Part shown: in pieces, positions 9,715-22,431 of the stretch
Numbering within the stretch: position 1 is the stretch's first letter
How the letters are laid out: every line of letters begins with the position of its first letter
Source: Iphione sp. A-MEVVRFRX5
Taxonomy: Eukaryota
Direction of reading: 5' to 3'
NCBI GenBank assembly: GCA_976226885.1
Contig: OZ320319.1
Coordinates: 72,168,001 to 72,232,000 of the forward strand
DNA length: 64,000 bases
Position numbers and translations under genes: made by a program
The notes under the pieces: model-generated
Seen by the model: only the letters and a program-made list of their open reading frames with translations
What the model was told of the DNA's origin: nothing
Databases searched by the model: none

Positions 9715-12700
9715 CAGTGGAAACACACAGAGGCAGGAAAGAGGAACTACAGAAATCTAGGAATTGAGGAAATCAAGGTAACAGATGACACAAATAGGGA
9801 GAGAAACATGCAGAAAAACAAACATACATGTATCAAAACAAACCCAGTCCGTAGAAGGCTAAAAAGCATGATAGGCCAAGTTTGTATATCTGCGTTGGTG
9901 TCTGTATCCATTGCTGACCATTGCCGTCTGCATTGAACAGATTAAATCCATTGGGAGGTGTCCCACATGTGCATTGCTGTCCATATTCTTTGCTGTCCAT
10001 TGCCATCTAGCGTTCTGTTTTCGGACACTGCCCAATCATTTTAAGAAAGCTCACGTCAACGCATACAAATGCCAGCCCAGTGAATAACTGTATGCATGCA
10101 TTTGGAGGGGAAAAAATGCATGGTGACCGATAAGCACCAGACCATGCATGTAGTCAACAGGGCCCCACCAATATGGAAACCAAGCCTAAAGCTATAAACA
10201 GTTTTAGAAAGACCAGTCTGATACTGGACACATATGGCAGCTGTGATCAGCCACATGACCCTTGTCACTGACCAATGGCCAGTGTTCCTTAGCACCATAT
10301 TTGTTTGATTTGCCGCAACGTGCGTCGCAGTGTATAAAGATATGTTTATAAAAAGAGAGTTGTTTCATTCCAGTAGACACTAGACATTCAGTATGACACA
10401 GTGTCTCTCCACAGGCTGGAACTAATTATGGCTCCTGTCCCAAAAAACGTCTGAAGACCATAATGATGACCAGCGGGACCAATGATTACCAGCAGCACGG
10501 AATTATTTCCATCTATAACAGTCACCACTGAGCATGCATCACTGTGAAGCTGAGAAAACATTAGAATTTCTTAAGGGAAACCTACAAACAATGGCGCACA
10601 TACATATATGTATTGCTGTACATGAATACCTGAAGCAGAAACATGGCACTTTTAAGGGAGTTAAGGTTTGCTTAGGGGTGTGGCATGTGTGAGTTTGTGG
10701 TGGAATGATTTAATTACGATACACGACATTTATAGAAGGTATGTCATGTCAATCATCTTCTCCATAGTGTCTTTGGCTCATATTTATTCCCAGTTCGTTT
10801 TTTTTATCTTCAATTCAATTCAAAGGTTTTTATTCAGTATAATAGTCCCACCTTCATTCAGGTGTGTTACACTATACATGCAACAATTTCAATACTTAAG
10901 CATATTAACGGTGGCTATCATGTAACTTTATTTCTTCTTAAATAGCCCTTGATGTACATGTACATGGCTGACTTATCACATCTCTAGGGAGATTATTCCA
11001 TTTCTTTGGACCCTTAAACACAGAACTATTATAAACTAGTTGGACAGCTGGTATTACCACTTGTAATTGTGGACTACTTCCTTGACGAGTTCTAGTGGTT
11101 TCTTCAGCTCCCAGAAGGAGAGAGATAACATATCAGTTATTAACATTAAAGTAGAATGACAAATGCATTCATCTAAGTTTCTTTGATTTGCATCTTCCAA
11201 AAATGTCAGAACAATATTTCTTGATCTACTTACTCGCCGTCCTTGTGTCAATAATTACAGGTACATATATTTATATAATCCTGAAAAGTAGCTCTTTGGA
11301 TGGGCAGTAATGGCGGTTCTATAGGTGTTTCTTGAGAACATGGAAGGAAGAAATAAGCGAAGATAGGGCCTACTCTGCACGAGGCAGCGAACTAGAGGCC
11401 ACTGCAGTGGAGATCATGAACGACCTTCTACAACAAATGGAGAGTAGATAGGTATAGATAATAGGTATTCACAAGCTAGGCTTTAGGATAAGCTATCGGT
11501 GGACATGCTCTGGGGCTAAATATAGGAGTATATTATGGTTTTGGATATGTAGCCTTAATGTAATTCTATATGCTATGGACCAAGCTGCATTATGGTCTTT
11601 CCACGTACGTGTATCAATTACAATAACTAAAGCAACCCCTGTAGGCCCTGTTGATACCATCCTCAAATAGCCAAGGCCTATTACTATTTACTCTTGGTCT
11701 TAGATAGACCAAGCTTCCCAGCGATGCCAAAAAACCAATCCGTTGATGCGATCACAAGATAGAAAATAGTAGAACTAATTTTGTTCGACTCTCCAGCTTA
11801 GAACGTTTTTCGTTTATCATACGCATCTGTATTTTAATATTCTCTCATAATAGTAATGTTTCTTTTTAAGTACGTTCGAATATTGGATATCAGTACACTG
11901 TACTAAATCCAGACAAATGAACTATGTTATCCTACCAGACCCGATAGTCCTTATTTTGATAACATGACTGAATTAATCTAACTATGAGTACGGCCCGGGC
12001 AGTGTGCTTCAATTCACTTATAACGAGCAACGTGATCACGTAATCTCATCTGTAATATAAAGAACGATCTTTTCGGGGTTTTTATGACTTTTGAAATGTA
12101 TGTAAGGTGCGCCCCATTGAATTACATGTAGTTGCCTACCTTGACACCAGGGGACGGTTACCGTGTCGGTGAGAATGACAGTAACCCTAGTTTGACAGGT
12201 GAGGTGAGCCGTATGTGCGGTTTGCTATTGCGCGATTTCCATCGGTGTTCATGGTTTCGTTTTTACCTACAGAATATAATACTAGGCTAAATGTTAGTTA
12301 AGATAAGTGTAACAACAAGGTGGATAATATATCTATAATGGCAATAGGGGGCCTATATTCATAACGATGTGACCAGAAAAAGTTACTTAGTTTGTTTTAA
12401 AATATCTGTGCAGACAGTACGGATACACTTATACACATACACACACGGTAGCTAAAAGGAATGAGAAAGACAGTAGCAAAGTTACTTTCATGGAGAGGAA
12501 CTTCGCTTGCTGCCATTGCCTTCAGCACAAATAAGAGCCATACATCATGTCCCTGTCGGCTTCTGTCGGGAAATAACCACTACAGCTGTATCTTCAAATG
12601 TAAATATCCTCATATATGTACAGGGGGCGCCTTTCAAACAAATAAATATAAAAGAAAAGAAACGGAAAACACTTTAACAAAGGAAGTACTTGCATGCGTG

Positions 12701-13010
12701 GTTGTTTGGCTATATCACAAACCTCGGGTTCAAAATGTACTATCGCTATTGATGACATAATCACTACAATGACCGTTTTCGACAAGAAAATTGGAGAAGA
12801 GAAGAGCATGAACGGACATATTTCAAAACCTTCTTGATGAATGAAAAGCCTGTTTAAATGGTCCGACCAAGACCTGAGACAAATCTCCAAAACTCCAATT
12901 GCTATGAATGATCCAGCTTGTTCCTACCATCTTCCGGTGGGAACTGCTGTAAAGTATCGTTTTTGCTCATATAATGATGTCTAATTTTCGTTGGGGGCCT
13001 TCTTTGAGTC

Positions 13011-13135
13011 CGATACCCCCCCTCCCAAAGAATCCAAGCCTATACATAGAGATGGTTGTCTGGTGTTCCATGCACCTCTTGGGTACTGAAGGTATCGTCT
13101 GCTACCCTCCACAAAACGTCTTGGCTACGGGCCTG
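13011..13135. mobile_element. Truncated hAT-like MITE (right end, same family as 6322-6480)
   Basis: Ends AAAACGTCTTGGCTACGGGCCTG and carries GATACCCCCC; left TIR absent. Confidence 0.7.
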
Positions 13136-14140
13136 GCTTTTATATAGGCCTACTAATAACGAGAAGGTACATGAATACACGTATTAGTCATTTTGAGCGA
13201 TGGAAATGTGCTATCTCATCTTACTTACGAAATAATGTCACCAGACTATGCAAAATTAAGTTTCAATCAGTGTTTGGCCACTCGGCGATGATTCAGTTTC
13301 GATAACAAAAAAGAGGCTGGAAGCGTAGGGTGGAAGGGAATGGGGACGGTCACTGCTGACAAGTGTACCTGAGCAGCAGTCATGGAGGAAAAAAAGTATT
13401 AAAGGCACCATCTAGTAAACGGAAGACATATTATCTAATAGCCGACTGACACATAACATCAAAACGGAAAACTGACAGATCATCCAGGAGATAGTTATCA
13501 AATACCAAATCCATTAGATAACTGAGGGATAATATAAAAAAAAACATTAAAAACAAGTCATTAGACAAACGTATGGAGAGTGTTGTAACGTCTTCACGTA
13601 AGTGTGTGTGTCGAAATGGTTTTGACTGATTATTTAGCAGTAAGATGTTCAGGGACTATTCGTTTGTTATTGTGACCTTGTCGTGTCCTCTATTTGTGTG
13701 ATCTTCTATTCAAGGGACACGAAGGACACAAACAGTGTGAAAGGCACTTCATCTGAACTACCACCTCGCTGTGGTCCATGCATCGACTGAATGGTGAGCA
13801 GCATAAAACCTTTAGCTCCTCATGGAGAAGACATAATGCAGAGGATAAAATAAATTCCACGTGATGAATGAAGGAAAAAGATTGTGCAATGCCAGAGCAG
13901 GCCCATAGCTAGGTGAAGGTAGAGGAAACTCCCCCTAAATCGTCCACCTAAGGGACTGAACCTAAATGGTCGCCAAAGGCGAATGGTCGCCGAAGGCATT
14001 GATTGGGGGTTCAGACACCAAAATGACATCCTCTATCCCTCTTTCTCTCTCCTGTCTCTCTCTATATATATCTCCCTCTCTCTCTTCCTGTCTCTGTCCC
14101 TCTCCTTCTCTCTCTACCTCCCTCTCTCTCTCACCCTCTC

Positions 14141-14265
14141 TATGGGGAAAAAGTCAAAATGAACTGAATATTATGAGGGAAAAAGTCTAAATGAACTGAA
14201 TATTATGGGGAAAAAGTCTAAATGAACTGAATATTATGGGGAAAAAAGTGAAAATGAACAGAATG
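14141..14265. repeat. 31-32 bp minisatellite, about 4 copies
   Basis: Unit TATGGGGAAAAAGTCAAAATGAACTGAATAT starting at 14141, 14172, 14204 and 14235. Confidence 0.92.
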
Positions 14266-14434
14266 TGAAATGAAGGAATAAAACTGAAATCAAGAATAAC
14301 ATTCAGAGACATTTATTGCAATAAGAAATGGTTATGCAGAATAAATAAATCTTACAGGCAGACTGTAAAAATTCATAGATCATAGTCCATATGGAAAAGT
14401 CACTCTTTCTTAAAAAACTGGTGGAGTGTTGGTA

Positions 14435-14484
14435 GCAGAAGGTCTCCAACGGCCGGCAGAAGGTCTCCAATGGCCGGCAGAAGG
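14435..14484. repeat. 21-bp tandem repeat, about 2.4 copies
   Basis: GCAGAAGGTCTCCAA(C/T)GGCCG starting at 14435, 14456 and 14477. Confidence 0.9.
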
Positions 14485-14532
14485 TTGGGAATGATTGAAG
14501 GGGCCAGCGGTGGTCGCTTATATCCCTGCCAT

Positions 14533-14965
14533 CAGACCCTCAAGCAACTGCAACAGGAGTGCCTCAAGGGTTGTTTTCGTAGTGTTTCTTGGGTATTTGG
14601 GCCAGTGGTGGCCCCAGATACCCTCAGAAAACACTAACTTGGCTTGAGTCCCCGCTGTCAGACCCTCAAATTGGTGGGGAACTGGCTGGTAGTCACCCCG
14701 GTTACCATCAAACAACTGCAACAGGAGTGCCTCAAGGGTCGTTTTTGTAGTGTTTCTTGGGTATGTTGGCTGGTGGTCACCCCAGTTACCATCAAACAAC
14801 CATGACAGGCATGCCTCAAGGGTCATTTTCATAGTGTTTCTATGCTGTTCGGGCCAGCGGTCGCCCTGGTTACCATCAAACAACCATGACAGGCATGCCC
14901 CAAGGGACATTTTCGTAGTGTTTCTTGGGTATGTGGGCTGGTGGTTGCCCAAGACACCCTCAAAT
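14533..14965. repeat. 84-bp minisatellite, about 5 diverged copies
   Basis: Aligned unit starts at 14533, 14617, 14701, 14785, 14869 and 14953 (GTTACCATCAAACAAC...). Accounts for the repetitive ORF 14518-14952. Confidence 0.88.
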
Positions 14966-15347
14966 CTTCATTTTCATTCTTAAAATGGTGGTCTTAATGG
15001 CCGAATGGTTGCCCTAGCCATTGGTCGCAATTGGTGGATTCTGCTACATAGAGGATGTACTAAATTTCAGTCGGTTCTGGCCAAAAGTGGTCACCCTGGG
15101 TGACTGGTCGCCCCAGGCGGCTGGTCGCAAGCTGAGAGTCTCCTGTATGTATGTAGGTAAGAGCTTACATGTGTATGTATTTATGTATGTGCAGTGAAAC
15201 CTTGCATTAGACACCTATATAATCAGCGATTGCAACCATTACTCTAAGAAACGAATCTAACTTTATTAAATACTATCCCTTCTAAGATGTAGTCCCTCAG
15301 AGTAACAGTCAATTGAAGTCCATTTATACTGGTCTTACTCACACTAA

Positions 15348-15712
15348 GGCCTGCTTTCCGTGTGCACCTCTTTTTTTGCAGACCACATACTGCATGGTCC
15401 AGAAAAGAATGATTCTATGAGAATGTACTGGAGTGCTTCTATATGTCCATGTATCTGTGTCCATGCTCCATGTCTGAAGGTGTCTGTGGATTGAAAACAG
15501 ACCATGTTCATTTTTTTTTCTGCACAACAGATGAGCATGGATGAGTAGGATAGAGAGATGGAGGTTTTCAGCTGGATAGACACTGTCTATCATATGATTT
15601 TGTGATTTGCACAAAAAACTCACCATATACGCAGATCTGGATGGAATTCCTTCTGATCAGTGCAAAAGACTAGGCATTTACACAGATACAGGCAAAATTC
15701 CATGTAATCATG

Positions 15713-15773
<61 letters not shown>

Positions 15774-15887
15774 CAAACACAGATGCATGGAAACTGGGTG
15801 TCCATTTCCATCAGTCCGGAAAATGGGCTGATTTTCTGCATTGGCATGGAGGATGGGAAAAAAGTCTATACACAAGGAAACCAGGAA
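15348..15887. mobile_element. PIF/Harbinger-like MITE with internal repeats and (AG)n
   Basis: TAA|GGCCTGCTTTCCGTGTGCAC ... ATACACAAGGAAACCAGGAA|TTA. Internal units homologous to those of 39345-40005; (AG)n at about 15717-15768. Confidence 0.65.
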
Positions 15888-16089
15888 TTATAGGCAGATA
15901 TGGATCACTATTTCAGGGGCCACAGGTGAACTTCCCTGTGAAACATTTTAAGGCAATATTCTGAATACTATATACATATCAGTCAGACAATGCTATTTTG
16001 TGGTTTGACTCAAGAGATACACGGAGAATGCTAAGTAAGGTATGCTCTGTCTCTCGTAAAAGGAATGCACACAACAGTAGCTATACATG

Positions 16090-16240
16090 CAGTAACCCCT
16101 CGGTTTGTGGTCTCTGTGGTCTCATCAAATTCAACACGTTTAGGACTCTTACTCATCAAATTCTGCACTTTTAGGACTACCTGGCCATATGCTACTTTTT
16201 CGGAAGAACCGAGGGTGTCTGCAGTTGAGATGTTCGGCTG
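16090..16240. mobile_element. Small Tc1/pogo-like MITE
   Basis: Starts CAGTAACCCCTCGGTT, ends GTTCGGCTG|TA; internal 31-bp direct repeat (16121, 16152). Confidence 0.45.
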
Positions 16241-19200
16241 TATATATGTGGTGAACCATATAATATAACATATATACATGTATATGGTGACTGCTAAAAT
16301 ATGGATCTCTTTGAAATAGTGCACTGACTATATTCCTAGCCCCATTTTACACTTTGAAGGTACACACATCAAAAGCTTGGAATTACACAAGCAATTTCAT
16401 TGAAACCACATGGTGTTGATTATAAACTTAACCTCGAATGTTGCAACACAACACAGAGTGTTTTGACTGTGTATGATGGAATGTTTAAAGAATATTAATA
16501 CATTAACCCATTAAGGTCAACAGTCATTCTTAGAGTCCTTCCCTGGTAGGATAAATGATACGATCGGATGTCTTTCTAAGGACGAAGCGTTTTCAGTAGT
16601 AAACTAATACGTTCATGTTGAAAAAACCTTTTTTTCAACATTCACTAGTATCTTACTTCAAGCCACTAAAACAATGATCCATAAGAAATGCACACTACCA
16701 GCAAGATGGCTTGAGGCCATGGGCTGGAGATGTTACAAGATATTATGTACTTTATAAGGAATAGAGTGGGACTCAAGGTACTATTCTGACCCCCTTTGAA
16801 TGATGAGGCTTTATTTCAGGATCCCTCTCTTTCCGGCTAATGGATAATGAACATGAACGTCACCAGATGGTCACCTCTAGCTTAATGTCAAGTCTTTCAT
16901 CTAGGTGGCAGTATGAGCGACCATTGGAAAGTGTATGTACTTGAGCAGTTTTTCTTTGCAGTCGGCAGAAGAGTAAAAGAAAATCAGTTAAGAAAAACAA
17001 CACTTTAGCCTCTAAAGTAAAAGAAAGAAGGGAATGGAAGAAAGTATAACTTCTATTAGCCATCAAAGTTACAACTGGATGAAGTCTTTTTCAACAAATG
17101 CTCAGACGATATGCCAGCTTCCCTTTGAGTTTTTAAGGCTGAAGAATAGATCATACATTTAATTAAGTTAATATTAGTTGCAATGCAAAAATCTGTGAAC
17201 ATAATCCAAACAAATAGAAGGAAAGAATTAAGTAAAGGAATCTGGTTACATTCCGTTGCTATCTAATGCATATATTTATGTAGATTAGCTTATTTACATA
17301 TCTCATTAGATGACTTTAAATTACCTTATTAAAAATGATAATTTGACAAAAAATAAACCTTCCAACAGATGCTTCATGAAAAATAGCCATTCAAGTTGTT
17401 CATGAGTTTTAAATGCTTATTTGGCTTTGTATTCTTTTTTCCATAACTGGTCACACACGTGCAGCCCCCATATGCCTCCGCCTCTGCCAACAGCTCCCAT
17501 ACACCTGCGTGTTTCGTCCTGCAGGAAAGCCGCGGCCCGTTGTCCCGTTTATTATACGGCAAGTCCTCTCCAATGGCGGACGCTGCAGGCTGAAAAGCCA
17601 CCGGTCAGAGTGGAGTGCATGTCTACAAATCACGCCCAGACGTCTCGCGAGGCATCCTCAAACAAGACTAACCCTAATCCAGGCCTGATCTCTGAGAAGT
17701 ATCCTTATTTCCGGTCACTGGCCGCCTAAGGATTCCTCCCTTGTAAACCCTAGCCCACTGTCAGCCTCGGGATCTGATGTATTCAGTGGAAAACAAATAG
17801 ATGTTTCCCAGAACTGTACGTGGTCACCCAGTGTAAAACGCTCCTAAACAGATTAACTGGTTTAAATCACTTTACTCTTCTTGGAATCCTTTTTTTTGAG
17901 TAATTTAAACTCTGGAAATGCGTGATTGCTACGACGTGGCGGTTTTCATCACAAGCCAATTTCACTTTACATGGGACTGCACGAACGTTTATGAACTGAA
18001 GACAAATCTGCCCATTGTACATCCTTTGATCTAACAGTCCTTTTAATTTTGAAGGTGTAGGATTTTGGGTAGGTGCAGTTGGCGAGGCGTAAGGTGCAAT
18101 TTAATGTAACAAATGTAAATTATATATTTATTCATTTGTGGTGGCCGCGTGGCCAAATGACAAGCCGGCAATACCACATGAATATTATATATGACTTTTC
18201 GTTTGCTCCAAAACATGTGAAGAAACCAGTGTTTCCAAGGCTCATTCTGTCCGAGGAATTCCCTCTCTGTAGATCTTATGTGTTAGTGCTACAGTGTGTA
18301 GGAGAACACCATTGAACGATTTAATAGTGTTTCAATATGAGAAACGCATTGAAGACTATGCAGCAAGGTCGTAAACTGGCACTCTTTACAAGTAGAGTTC
18401 ATGTCCTCACCCCCACCCCAACCCACGCCCACCCCCTTTTCAATCCACCGGACTCGCCGGACAAGTCAAATCCCGTCTCTTGTTGCGGTAATAGACGTTG
18501 GTAAAAGGTAGGTGCTCGTTGTGTAAATGAAGGACTGAAGGGGGCAATATTTTATGTATGTTCCTCGAAAGGCTTCATTGTTGTATGTGTGTGTATATTC
18601 TTGTTACTATGAATATGCATATATACCGCCCATGTTGGATCTAGAATTGAATAGAATAGATTAATATCCACGTGTACACTTGTTATGATCGTAAGTGCTC
18701 TCTATAGTCGTTGACCAGCCTTAAAACCCTTAATCAGAGTAGTCAAAGACCTATAAGGCACATATTGGTGCGCTGCATGCTATCTGCATCTCCTCAACAC
18801 ATGGAATACATACACATGCATAACACATAGATTACAGTAATATGATAACTGTTGGACGGCAGGACCTAGTCCTATACATGTACCGTTGTATATGAATTCT
18901 TGTCCACTCTTTGCCTTCCAGACTTTTGTTGTCTCACGCACCTTGGAGTCTCGTTCTGGGGTTGTAAATCATCCCCGCAGAGACGCACGCACACACACAC
19001 ACACACACAAATAAGCTCACCACAGCGAGATAAGCCTACGTTTGTTTGCGAGAGATCGATGGTGAAAGGAACAGTAGCGAATAAAAATGACAGACCGAAG
19101 CTGTCAGTGAGCTGGGCGATTCGGTCAGTGAGAGAGTAATGAAGGAAATAATGGTACATTAAATTCATTATTAAATTTTGTTGCAGCACTCTTTGTAGAG

Positions 19201-19451
19201 AAGTGTTTCGGTGATACTTTGGAGCTACCAGCATAGGTCTCTATCAACTACATTGAAGTGTTAACATAGAAGTATACAGTGAAAGATGTGTAGGGTATGT
19301 AAAAAAGAAAGACGATATTATGCAGATATGATATGCGAGTTGATGATCGCATATTTGATGATCGCGGGTTCATCAAGATATAAAAGTTGGGGGATGCTAT
19401 GCATGGAATGAAAGAAATAACGATAGAGGAAAGAGAGACACACTGACAGGC

Positions 19452-19455
<4 letters not shown>

Positions 19456-19512
<57 letters not shown>
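19456..19512. repeat. (AG)n microsatellite
   Basis: About 28 AG units. Confidence 0.97.
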
Positions 19513-19515
<3 letters not shown>

Positions 19516-19610
19516 GGGATGGGTAGCTTTCAAATGACCAGCCCACTGAGTGCCATGGCAGGTGACTGTGTGGTCGTGTGTAGTCCTGTACGTGTGAAGC
19601 CCGTGTGAGG

Positions 19611-19792
19611 TCACCGGTCACGTGCCTACTCCCTCTCAACTCCACTAGAACGCCGGAAGGGTCGGGAGCACGTGGTTATGGGCCGCCACCACCAACCACA
19701 GCCACCAGCTGCAGTGTGTTGGCATCCTTGCTCCTCTACGGTGTTCCACACGTGTGAATGAATACTACGCCTACTTGATGGCTTACGTACGT
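19611..19792 (+). promoter_or_regulatory. Candidate promoter / non-coding first exon for the SLC7 gene
   Basis: CpG-rich patch with three CACGTG E-boxes (19619, 19669, 19749), an ETS core CCGGAAG (19653) and a possible donor GTACGT (19787). Confidence 0.35.
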
Positions 19793-20574
19793 TGGACATG
19801 TACAAAACACAATCATTTAGGGGGGAACATCAGAGCAGGTTTTCAGGACTTTGATTTCTTTAAAAGACATTCGTGAAATGTGGTAGATAAACAGCAGGTT
19901 TTACTTTCATGACGATCCAAATTAGCTATCACAGCCAGCAGTATGCACAGAACTGGTGACTAAAGTAATGTGATAGGTGCGAAGTGAAGATTCTATATCT
20001 CTGATTCTACAGGAAACGGGCCATGTCATAATGAACTCACATTACAAGCAGATCCCTCCACTCAAATCATCACCAACAGTACTTATGTAACCTGAAACCA
20101 CGATATCTATTCTTGAAATCACTTTATTACGCTACCTTATCTAAAACAGCTGCTGGAAATAGGCTGCAAGTAGATCTGCCCAAAACCTCCTTTAGTTTAC
20201 AAAATAAGTTTTTTATGTGCCTTTGGCCTACACAGAGCAACTTTTCAGAAAAAACGTACGCAAATTAAGACTGTAAGACATTACCAAAATGCACCAATAA
20301 GAAAAATAATTTCAGTAAGGGGCACTATTTTTTCAGTTGGTGTTGTGATATTGTCCCACTTATACATCTGGGTCAGCACAGACCTGATTGTAAGCAGAGG
20401 GGGTCAAGCAAGCAGTGCAAGTGCCAAGGGCATTAAAATGAACACTGTCTACGATCCATTGTTGCATATAGAGTATGCTACACTTTTGGTGTGTGCAGTT
20501 CCTGCATTGGCCACTGTATGTATGTATGTACGATGGACTAAATGCATAGTCTATTTCTCTACATAAAGGTACTA

Positions 20575-20750
20575 CAGTGGAACCCCTGTTAATGGACAAC
20601 TGGACATGATAGACAATGCTGTGTATGGACATAAAGACTCCAGAACAATACAAAACCCCTCTATTTTATATTTACTATCAAAAGCGGACACCTTTTACTG
20701 TGGAAACTATCATCAATTCTCTCCTGTCTCCACAGTAGAGAGATTCCACC
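20575..20750. mobile_element. Tc1/pogo-like MITE
   Basis: TA|CAGTGGAACCCC ... GAGAGATTCCACC|TA. Confidence 0.6.
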
Positions 20751-21351
20751 TATACTGTGTTGACAGTCTCTTAGTTCAAGGATCCTCACATTCAATCATT
20801 TATTTCAACCATCTGCCCATAACCTGTGCAGTATTGTACTTCTATACTGACGAATAGGCAATGGACTTTCCGGATATCATGCACAAAGATAGAATTTGTC
20901 CACTTCCAGATTGGCCTTCCCACCAGTTGGAAAGTTATTCTGGTTCTCGTTTTTTCCATCTAAGCTTTTATATTGATGATTTTGACAATTCTTAAAATGA
21001 GCAGATTTTCCTCTAGGATGTAGCTTGGACACAATAAGCAAAAAAGTACATTTTCTTCACAAACAGTATAATAAAATATGATATACATGTCTATATCCCT
21101 ATGAACACAAGCAGCAATTGTCATAAACAGGGTGAATTCAACCCTATGTTGTGAACAAACTGCACGAAAATTGATGTGAGGAATTCAGCTGTATTTCGGT
21201 CAAGTATGTGTAAAGTTCTTTTGTCCAGTCCTTTTTCTGGACAAGTAATAAGTAATAGAAGCAAAATAGACATCCTTTCCTCATTTTTGTGTGAAAACAT
21301 GCTTATGCATATATTCTAAGGTGTTTGTGATTTCACGAATCAGGCAGTATC

Positions 21352-21510
21352 CAGGCCCGTAGCCAGGAACATTTTTGGGGGGTATCGGAAGATACCCCCA
21401 TTACTACAGAGGTGGAACTAATTTTTTTCCCTCTCTATAGAGGCAAATAGACATTAGTGGCTTTGGGGGTATCGGACGATACCCCCGATACCCCCTTGGC
21501 TACGGGCCTG
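21352..21510. mobile_element. hAT-like MITE, 159 bp
   Basis: Perfect 14-bp TIR CAGGCCCGTAGCCA, 6-bp flanking direct repeat AGTATC, multiple GATACCCC motifs. Confidence 0.88.
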
Positions 21511-21941
21511 AGTATCTGTGCCACTCTGTGAGATATTTAAATTCAACCCCGTAGCTCCCCTCAGGTCCCCGCTTTGTTTGTTCAGCTTGCAGAGGGAGCT
21601 CCGGTCATACCTGCGGGTGGTGGTACCATTCGATACGAACGCCGCGTCTGTAGGGACTGGGACGCGCGGGCACCTTACCACACGTCGTCCGATCGCGTGG
21701 GATGTTCCCACACAGCTTCGTCCGTGTCCACGCGGCTTGAATCTCGAACCGCAGACCTTACACACCGAAGCACTGCCATCTCGCCCTTGTTCCATCGACA
21801 ACTCTAAGGAAAGTGGAGGTCCACTGCCTTGAATCGCCGTCTGAAAGGTTCACAAAGCAAGACCGCAACATCCAGCGCCTGTCAGTGGTGTGAGTCCCAC
21901 CTTGACAGACACAAACACACACTCTCACACACACAAACATC

Positions 21942-22431
21942 ATGAAGTTCAAGAAGAAGGGTACCCCCAACTCGGACGGCCCGGTGGCCAACGACAAAGC
22001 AGTCGCCAAAGACGACGGGATCGTCAAACTGAAGCCGAAATTAAACCTGGTCAACGGAGTGACGGTCATCGTGGGCTCCATCATCGGTTCGGGCATCTTT
22101 GTCAGTCCCAAGGGGGTCCTCGGCTACACGGGCTCGGTGGGCATGGCCCTCATCGTCTGGCTGTGTTGCGGTATCTTCTCCGTCATCGGGGCCTACTGCT
22201 ACGCCGAACTGGGTACTGCCATCACCCGCTCCGGGGCTGACTACGCTTACCTGCTGGAGGCGTTCGGCCCGTTCCTGGCCTTCCTGAGGCTCTGGGTGGA
22301 GGCCCTCATCGTGCGGCCCTGCACCACGGCGATCGTGGCACTCACCTTCGCCTACTACCTGGTGGACCCGCTCTTCCCGGACTGTCAGCAGCCCGAGTTG
22401 GCTCTGCGGCTCCTCGCTGCCGTCTGCATCT
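21942..22431 (+). CDS. SLC7A5/SLC7A8-like: SLC7 family L-type amino acid transporter light chain (LAT1/LAT2-like), first coding exon
   Basis: Carries [18 protein letters not shown] (TM1), [27 protein letters not shown] and the heavy-chain-linking Cys in LFPDCQQP (codon 22383-22385). GC3-rich codons. Phase-1 donor T|GTGAGT after LLAAVCI, a position matching vertebrate SLC7 light-chain genes. Exact orthologue not resolvable. Confidence 0.96.

Larger units (their letters stand above)
13922..15145. mobile_element. Composite TA-flanked non-autonomous element carrying internal micro- and minisatellites
   Basis: Imperfect TIR GAGGAAACTCCC vs CAGGAGACTCTC, TA on both sides, repeated GGTCGC motifs near both ends. 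Contains a CT-rich tract and 31-, 21- and 84-bp tandem arrays. Confidence 0.5.

Noticed and set aside
9542-9760. ERER/SLSL/THTH-rich ORFs here and at 15607-15964, 19318-19645, 42436-42996, 44005-44553 and 45413-45739
   Set aside because: Translations of microsatellites and low-complexity tracts.
14518-14952. 144-aa repeat protein ORF
   Set aside because: Explained by the 84-bp minisatellite; non-ATG start, no splice or codon-bias support.
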